This document shows, one piece after another, positions 16,635 to 22,559 of a stretch of DNA of 22,559 nucleotides. A program made the position numbers and the translations under genes. Where the stretch lies: the NCBI GenBank assembly GCA_038845265.1, contig JAWBQR010000014.1, forward strand, positions 1-22,559, written 5' to 3'. Position 1 is the first letter of the stretch, and the number at the start of each line of letters is the position of its first letter. The DNA comes from Nitrososphaerota archaeon (GTDB lineage: Archaea; Thermoproteota; Nitrososphaeria_A; Caldarchaeales; Calditenuaceae). The notes beneath the pieces were generated by a model. It was not told the DNA's origin. It was given only the letters and a program-made list of their open reading frames with translations, and did no database searches.

Positions 16635-17690
16635 TTAGTCAAGACCCAAAAACTTTAAAAATCTTTGGTATAATCTTGATCCCTGTATAATTCTTAATAG
16701 AGGACAATTATCATCGAGTATTAAATATGTAATTACCGCCCCAGTCATTATAGTGAGATATGAGAAGAAGAATGAGCCCATTGGTAAAGAATAGAAATCT
16801 TGACCATTAGGCAACGTGATAACAAGAGTACGAATGAACAAAATAGATATGCTGCCAAAAATGGTACCAATAGTAAAGGCCACCCCGGATTGTAACAAAA
16901 AACCCATAACGCTTTCCTCCTTTTTAATGCAATCGTTATGCTTTTGAAAAATAAAACCCAACGATAGGAAAAACACACATAATAAAATGGAAAAAATAGA
17001 CATGACATGCCTAATAGGTAAAAGATATCGAGTGTAGTTAAGAGCAAAAATCATTAAAACTATTACGATAGAAAAAGCCGAAATGTAATTAATTGCGTAT
17101 CTTGAGAGTTTTTTGATATAAGAAGTAATTTTGCAACGAGTCCCTATGTAAACCACGTAGACTGAAATTAAACCATAAAATACTGCGAGCATACCAATAA
17201 TCCTGTTATTTATTGAAACTACTTGGTGTACCTGAAGGCCAAAACATAAACAAACAATTTCTGTAAAATTATATTCGTATTTTGATAAGCAATGCGAAAA
17301 ATTGGATATTTGTTCGAGGAAGGCGTAATTTTGGTTTCGATATGTATCATTTAGCCTTAACGAGTCAATAAACATTGACAACCTAACATTAAAACAACTC
17401 TGAGTGGCAATAAAAATTCCTATAGATAAAAGCGAAATGACAGCTACCATAAAGGCAATTTTAAGAGGTCTGGGTCGATGTTTAGAATCATAACTAAAAT
17501 AAAACCATATTATGAGGATTACAAAAAATAGACTCTGCAGGTAATAATAACCGACAAACTTATCGAGAAAGTTCAACAGTCTAACTTCAGGGAATAATGC
17601 TATTAATAATATTATTACAAAAGGAAGGAATGATATGATGATGGGACCCCAAAACCATTTTACTATATTTCTTTTCGGGAATCCGGACAA
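16635..17690 (-). CDS. Multi-pass membrane protein (AT-rich moron)
   Basis: About 8 hydrophobic segments; antisense to the tail operon; low GC. Confidence 0.75.
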   Translation of the reverse strand: MSGFPKRNIVKWFWGPIIISFLPFVIILLIALFPEVRLLNFLDKFVGYYYLQSLFFVILIIWFYFSYDSKHRPRPLKIAFMVAVISLLSIGIFIATQSCFNVRLSMFIDSLRLNDTYRNQNYAFLEQISNFSHCLSKYEYNFTEIVCLCFGLQVHQVVSINNRIIGMLAVFYGLISVYVVYIGTRCKITSYIKKLSRYAINYISAFSIVIVLMIFALNYTRYLLPIRHVMSIFSILLCVFFLSLGFIFQKHNDCIKKEESVMGFLLQSGVAFTIGTIFGSISILFIRTLVITLPNGQDFYSLPMGSFFFSYLTIMTGAVITYLILDDNCPLLRIIQGSRLYQRFLKFLGLD

Positions 17691-17807
17691 TGCAGATTCT
17701 CAGTAATAATTTTTGCCTTAAATAAAAAGGTTTAGCTCATGAAAAGCAGTTGCATAGACAGTTATTTCTTATCTTTTTAAGCATAGAAATGTAATTAAAG
17801 AAAAACA

Positions 17808-19730
17808 ATGGGCCTAATACTTGAAAAATATATAGATGGTGAGTGGATAGATAAGACCTCTAAATGCATTTCTCTTAGCCTAGGGATATCAAGCAGGCAA
17901 TTAGAGTCCCTCGAGGCCGAGCTTATAGAAAACATCGATGTAGGGACAAGAGTCAGACTGAAAAGAGGGGAAACAATTATCTTCGAAGGAGTAGTATATG
18001 AATCGGACAAGAGTCAGAGGGCTGGAGATGTCCCAAGATGCAGATTAACGGCCTACACAGACCTAATACTCTATGACCGACACGTGGTCTTCAAGGCTTA
18101 CGGCACTGGAACGAAGGCGGGGGCAATAATCAAGGATCTCGCGGGCCTGGAGACTGATGTAGATGTATCAAACGTTGATGAAGATAACACGCCTGCATTA
18201 AACTCGCCTTGGACTATTGAGAATGAGGTGGTTCTCAAGATAATGCAGTCAATCGCTAAGGGGACGAACTACTGGTTAAGAATGCGGCCCGGCAAGAAGC
18301 TATACTTCAAGCCGAAGACCACCTCAACACCAGTAGAGACCATAGACTCCTCCAAAATAATCTCGGCTGAGTATTGTGAAGATAAGTGGAGGCTGAAGAA
18401 TAGGGTGATTTACGTCGGCGCTAATGGGCAGGTTTTAGCCGATGTCTCGGAGGGCGCGGGAGATCTCCCCGTCGTCGTTCATGATCCATTTCTAACGGAT
18501 GTAAGCGAGGCACAAAGGCGCGCAAATATCAGATTGGCGTTGAACAAGGAATATGGAAAACAATTACGCGTTGAAATGCATCAAAATAATTTCGAGAATA
18601 TGAACGTTGATTTAGGCGACACCATCCGCGTCAATTTACCATCATTGGGGCTTGAAAACGTTGAGATGTTTTTGCTTGAGATAGAATATGACCCATCGAG
18701 GCTAATATACTCGCTTACTCTCGGCGGAAAATTAGAATTATTCGAGGACTTTCTGAATGAGGCTATTGGTGGAGACGTGGCGGCACGATTCGGGCAAAAG
18801 GTTAGTGTTGTAGGTGAAGTCTCAACAATCAAATCAACATTGTATTTTGTTAGAAAGATTCAGAGCGTAACGGCTTATAGATTTGTTACTTATCTGAATA
18901 GGCCGCCTTTAACTATTCATGAGGCGGAAAACATAACTATTAGGCGAGACACGGGAGAGGCAGAACTGGCCGCTGGATTTACAAGCGGATACTTAGTCAT
19001 CAGTTTTCTACCACCGTCTCAGACTTTTAGGAGATGGGGATATGTTGAGTGGGTAAGCTTTATGAATGATGGTTCAATCACTGTCCAGCTACTGGATACT
19101 CAGAATAATATATTAGCATCTAAGACCGATTGGGGCTCGGGCCCCTCATTCCAGAAAAGATTATATCTGAGGCGATGGCCCGCACGCTCACAAGAAATGA
19201 CTAAGCATCCGGCTAAGCTTAACTGGGGCTCAACGACTACCGGCGAGGTCAATATATCGTATGCGGGCCTGATTTCAGGAACATGTATAAGGCTCGAGCC
19301 AATTACTCAAGGCACTTTAGGCGAGATATTTTATCCAAAAACAAAAAATTTAGGACTCGATATTAGTTGGGCCCGATACATGAGTATATTTCTGCTCGCA
19401 TTTTCTCCAAACACGACCGTGAAGATAAGGCTACACACTGATGATAATAATTACTATGAGGCGAGCATAGTAATTAGCGAGGCGGAAAAATGGAGAGAAT
19501 ACGTCTTAAACATAAATACCTTCACAAATGTAGGGAGTCCAGACTTGTCAAATATAAACTGGATAAGCATATTGACCAATTACACGACATTAATTGATAG
19601 TGACTATGTTTTTCATCAATATCCATTAGCGGAGCTTAGAATAAGATTTAATCTGAGCAGGCCCGACGCCAACGCTATCTCTCCAAAGGTTAAGCGAGTA
19701 GTAGTCACCTATGAGGAGGTGATGGCATGA
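17808..19730 (+). CDS. Tail tip/hub protein with C-terminal carbohydrate-binding-like domain
   Basis: Hub-like N-half (FEGVV, LYFKP, LKNRVIYVG, DLGDTIRV); C-terminal LDISWARY...IRL...WREY.LNINTF..VGSPDLSNINWI resembles a CBM/galactose-binding fold. Confidence 0.7.
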   Translation: MGLILEKYIDGEWIDKTSKCISLSLGISSRQLESLEAELIENIDVGTRVRLKRGETIIFEGVVYESDKSQRAGDVPRCRLTAYTDLILYDRHVVFKAYGTGTKAGAIIKDLAGLETDVDVSNVDEDNTPALNSPWTIENEVVLKIMQSIAKGTNYWLRMRPGKKLYFKPKTTSTPVETIDSSKIISAEYCEDKWRLKNRVIYVGANGQVLADVSEGAGDLPVVVHDPFLTDVSEAQRRANIRLALNKEYGKQLRVEMHQNNFENMNVDLGDTIRVNLPSLGLENVEMFLLEIEYDPSRLIYSLTLGGKLELFEDFLNEAIGGDVAARFGQKVSVVGEVSTIKSTLYFVRKIQSVTAYRFVTYLNRPPLTIHEAENITIRRDTGEAELAAGFTSGYLVISFLPPSQTFRRWGYVEWVSFMNDGSITVQLLDTQNNILASKTDWGSGPSFQKRLYLRRWPARSQEMTKHPAKLNWGSTTTGEVNISYAGLISGTCIRLEPITQGTLGEIFYPKTKNLGLDISWARYMSIFLLAFSPNTTVKIRLHTDDNNYYEASIVISEAEKWREYVLNINTFTNVGSPDLSNINWISILTNYTTLIDSDYVFHQYPLAELRIRFNLSRPDANAISPKVKRVVVTYEEVMA

Positions 19731-20851
19731 CTGAATACCTAATACTGAATCAGGCCCGAGCATTTCCCCTAGTTTGGGAATACCAAAAACAGGTAAACTA
19801 TGACCCAATAAACTTTACAGGAACATTAACTCAAGAAAGGTCACAGTGGCTATTGTCACATGGTGGTAGTGCAGGTAGTAGCTATACAGTGGGTAGCGGC
19901 GGGCTTAAATGGGTTGATTGGTGTTTTAAACTATATTCATCCATAACAACGAACTACGAAATTCTAGGAACATTTCTTACAAAGGTGGTAATATATTGGA
20001 CTGACTCAACTGGAAGCACGGGGACCTACACGGTAGAGCTATGGAATGCTGACTCTGATACTTTAGACCGTACGACTAAAATATGTGATTTGGGGTCATT
20101 CTCAGTCAGCAGCAGTGGCTCAGGCTCATGGACATGGCAAGTAACAAATCCATTCGATGGTAAACCCCTCACGCTTGGAAATGCCTATGGCATCAGGCTC
20201 TATAGTAGTTATGAGATATATCTAAAAACCATAACGGTTAAGGAATATTCAAGCTATACCTCGACCCCATCAGGGAAATTCACTGCGACAAAGACTCATA
20301 GAAGTGATGGAGGATCAAATACTAATCGTTCATGGCAGGGATGGCAGGTGGAGGTAATCACTGTTCTGCGTTATCCAAAATCGTCAAGAGAAATATTCAG
20401 GACGGATGAAGCAAATAAATTATATATTTATAAATCACAATCATTGCCGTCTGGAGTATCCCTTATACATGATTTAGTAAATGATGCATACTATAATTTG
20501 CCTACGACATCGCCCGGGACAAATATACCATTTCCACAGAACGAGAAAATAGAATATACTTTTGATTTCTACACCACGTCCGATATCAATAATGGAAACG
20601 TGAATACAACTCTATATCCCAGCCTGATCTATGAAGTTAATCCCGTCACGTTAGATATGTTTTATGCCTCAGAGGCTTATCTTCAAAAGATAGAATATCT
20701 TCAAACCAGCTCAAAGGCAAGACTGAACGACAGTCCACTGCAGGAGTTTTCAGGAGACTCAGGCGCCATCACCTTCGACCCTCCAATCATCGTCTGGAAA
20801 ATCCAAAACATAAGCGGAAAAATACGGGCCACAATGATGGTGCTTGAATAA
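19727..20851 (+). CDS. Putative tail adhesin / receptor-binding protein
   Basis: Ser/Thr/Gly/Tyr/Trp-rich beta-type composition; GAGGTGA SD; ATGA overlap with the hub gene. Confidence 0.55.
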   Translation: MTEYLILNQARAFPLVWEYQKQVNYDPINFTGTLTQERSQWLLSHGGSAGSSYTVGSGGLKWVDWCFKLYSSITTNYEILGTFLTKVVIYWTDSTGSTGTYTVELWNADSDTLDRTTKICDLGSFSVSSSGSGSWTWQVTNPFDGKPLTLGNAYGIRLYSSYEIYLKTITVKEYSSYTSTPSGKFTATKTHRSDGGSNTNRSWQGWQVEVITVLRYPKSSREIFRTDEANKLYIYKSQSLPSGVSLIHDLVNDAYYNLPTTSPGTNIPFPQNEKIEYTFDFYTTSDINNGNVNTTLYPSLIYEVNPVTLDMFYASEAYLQKIEYLQTSSKARLNDSPLQEFSGDSGAITFDPPIIVWKIQNISGKIRATMMVLE

Positions 20852-21101
20852 AATGATGATTAAGTTCATTGATCCGGAGACTGGCTTACCACTTGAGCAG
20901 GCCCAAAAACTCAAGAAAATCATATTAGACACAACACAAAAAATATTAGAAGAAAATAAATTATTGCAAGAAAAAATTATTATTTTAGAAAATGAGAATA
21001 ATGAGTTAAGGAATAAAATTCAAACCCTTGAGGCACAACTAAGCCAACTACAAGCCGATATTCAAGTAATCAAGAAGGAGGCAAGTGTCTCAGGGTATTA
21101 A
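20844..21101 (+). CDS. Coiled-coil protein
   Basis: Heptad pattern LEEN..LQEK..LENEN.ELRNKIQTLEAQLSQL. Confidence 0.6.
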   Translation: MNKMMIKFIDPETGLPLEQAQKLKKIILDTTQKILEENKLLQEKIIILENENNELRNKIQTLEAQLSQLQADIQVIKKEASVSGY

Positions 21102-21102
21102 G
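21088..21102 (+). promoter_or_regulatory. TCTSAG motif copy (TCTCAGGGTATTAAG), 37 nt before ATG 21125
   Basis: Positional conservation; supports ATG 21125 over TTG 21110. Confidence 0.6.
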
Positions 21103-21124
21103 CATATCTTTGCGAGTTTTGGGT

Positions 21125-21373
21125 ATGAGTTGGCTTCTTCGTGGTAGGCCTGAGAGGCGGGTGGAGCAGGGCGGAGAGGAAGTAGTGAGTGGAGTGGAGT
21201 TTGTTGTTAGGCGTGTCGGGGAGGACTTAGTGGTTCAGGGCCGGGCCCGGAGTCTGAGCGATGTTGATAGATTGAGACGTATAGCTGACGAGGTGTTTAA
21301 AGAAATATTTGAGGGGCATGAAGGTCAGCCAGCTGGCCCAGCTAGTCCTCGACGCTTCGCAAAGCAACATTGA
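21125..21373 (+). CDS. Hypothetical protein upstream of the large terminase (small-terminase position)
   Basis: ATG 21125 with promoter motif; overlaps terL by 56 bp; no recognised HTH. Confidence 0.5.
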   Translation: MSWLLRGRPERRVEQGGEEVVSGVEFVVRRVGEDLVVQGRARSLSDVDRLRRIADEVFKEIFEGHEGQPAGPASPRRFAKQH

Positions 21374-22559
21374 ACTATATGGCTGGCAGAAGAAATGGCT
21401 AGATGATTGTAGCCGCTTTAGGATAATGCTGAAGTCTCGTGCAGTGGGTGGAAGCTTCATCATAGCGCTTGAGAGCTTTCTGCTAAGCCTACTTCGTCCC
21501 GGCTCGGTTACGTTGCTGGTCTCGTATAGCATGAGGCAGAGCTTAGAACTCTTCAGGAAGGTCAAGGAGCATATCAATAACTGGAGGGGATTAAGAATTA
21601 GGGCTGGAGATGATGTATACTCCTTCACGGCTACGCTCTCAGAGACGAAGACGCAGGTAGAGTTTCAGAACGGCAGCAGGATCGTGAGCCTGCCCAACAA
21701 TCCCGACGCCATAAGGGGATACAGGGCAGACATGGTCTACATAGACGAAGCAGCCATGTTCAAGAATGACTTCGCAATAAAGTCGGCAGTTATACCGACC
21801 ATTGCGGGCCGAGAGGGCCGCCTAAGCCTGATAAGCACGCCTAAGGGTAAGCGTGGATGGTTCTACGAGGCCTGGACTTCGGATACTTTTTCTAAGCATC
21901 AAGTCCACTACACGGAGGCCCCGCACATAACTTCTCAAGACCTTGAGGGTATGCGGGCCAGCATGAATCCATTAGAATGGGAGCAGGAGATGGAGATGAG
22001 GTTCCTCGACGAGTTAAACGCTGTATTCCCATACGAATTGATTCTGCAATGCGTAGAGGACTATGAGACAGGAATCAGGAAGACCGAGAATCACGTCTAT
22101 CTCGGCATAGACTTCGGCCGGTATAGGGATAGCACAGTCATAACTGCACTCGAGAAAAGCGATGAAAAGTTGAGGGTCATCCTCATCCACGAATTCCAAA
22201 AAACAGACTTCAATACACAGATAGAGTTCATCCTGAGACTCGCAGACCTACTCGGCCCAGTAAGCATAGCGATAGATAAGACAGGCATGGGGATACCCAT
22301 CTATGACTTATTATCCAAGAGACTGCCACAGCTCGAGGGCATAACCTTCACGAGCAGCATCAAGGAAGCCATGATACATACACTCGTAAACCTATTCAGC
22401 AACAAGAAAATAACGATCCCGGCCGACGCCACCCAGCTCATAAACCAGCTCCGACAATTCCAGAGAATAGGAGAAAAATACTCAGCGCCAGAAGACAAAC
22501 ACGACGACTACGTAATGAGCCTAGCACTAGCATGCTACACAGCAATAAAGAAAACACCA
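21318..22559 (+). CDS. terL: Terminase large subunit (absent from the ORF track; stop lies beyond the window)
   Basis: ATG 21318: LYGWQ (Q motif), KSRAVGGS (Walker A), VYIDEAA (Walker B), ISTPKG, YLGIDFGRYRDSTV, IAIDKTGMG, HDDYVMSLALA. Confidence 0.95.
   Translation, partial: MKVSQLAQLVLDASQSNIELYGWQKKWLDDCSRFRIMLKSRAVGGSFIIALESFLLSLLRPGSVTLLVSYSMRQSLELFRKVKEHINNWRGLRIRAGDDVYSFTATLSETKTQVEFQNGSRIVSLPNNPDAIRGYRADMVYIDEAAMFKNDFAIKSAVIPTIAGREGRLSLISTPKGKRGWFYEAWTSDTFSKHQVHYTEAPHITSQDLEGMRASMNPLEWEQEMEMRFLDELNAVFPYELILQCVEDYETGIRKTENHVYLGIDFGRYRDSTVITALEKSDEKLRVILIHEFQKTDFNTQIEFILRLADLLGPVSIAIDKTGMGIPIYDLLSKRLPQLEGITFTSSIKEAMIHTLVNLFSNKKITIPADATQLINQLRQFQRIGEKYSAPEDKHDDYVMSLALACYTAIKKTP

Larger units (their letters stand above)
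1..17800. other. Mosaic region: GC-richer viral backbone interrupted by AT-rich accessory blocks at about 245-2800, 4142-5973 and 16635-17800
   Basis: Visible composition shifts coincide with non-structural, often antisense, genes. Confidence 0.6.
1..22559. mobile_element. Archaeal tailed-virus provirus (siphovirus-like, HK97-fold), probably defective; both ends lie outside the window
   Basis: Integrase end, portal fragment, prohead protease, MCP, adaptor, tail tube, chaperone, tape measure and terminase are present; no sheath gene seen; archaeal-style SD motifs. Confidence 0.9.

Noticed and set aside
19727-20851. Diversity-generating retroelement target
   Set aside because: No reverse transcriptase or TR/VR repeat pair noticed
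21110-21124. TTG start at 21110
   Set aside because: ATG 21125 fits the 37-nt promoter spacing
115-22498. Many antisense or overlapping short ORFs in the track (e.g. 115-408, 1557-2519, 3743-4048, 4739-5173, 6492-6926, 14124-15734, 21227-22498)
   Set aside because: They shadow well-supported genes and show no recognisable motifs

Overview
The window is most of an archaeal head-tail (Caudoviricetes, siphovirus-like) provirus. Archaeal origin is inferred from GAGGTGA/AGGTGAT ribosome-binding sites, an M.MjaI/MjaI-type restriction-modification (R-M) pair and an archaeal-type integrase C-terminus. From left to right: integrase 3' end; small Zn-ribbon gene; AT-rich two-gene DGQHR + Zn-finger operon behind a cluster of TAGATCTA palindromes; a portal gene truncated by an apparent deletion; Sm-like and PLD-family genes; an R-M cassette flanked by a perfect 24-bp direct repeat; holin-like gene; HK97 prohead protease; major capsid protein; frameshifted GT2 glycosyltransferase and small amino-methyltransferase; head-tail adaptor; tail terminator; S8 subtilase; tail tube; tail assembly chaperone with a -1 frameshift site; HK97-gp10-like gene; tape measure; antisense membrane-protein moron; tail tip proteins; large terminase running off the right edge. 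The main non-annotated signal is a TCT(C/G)AG hexamer 36-38 nt upstream of eight start codons, a candidate virus-specific late promoter. All product calls come from motif recognition by eye; no database searches were run.
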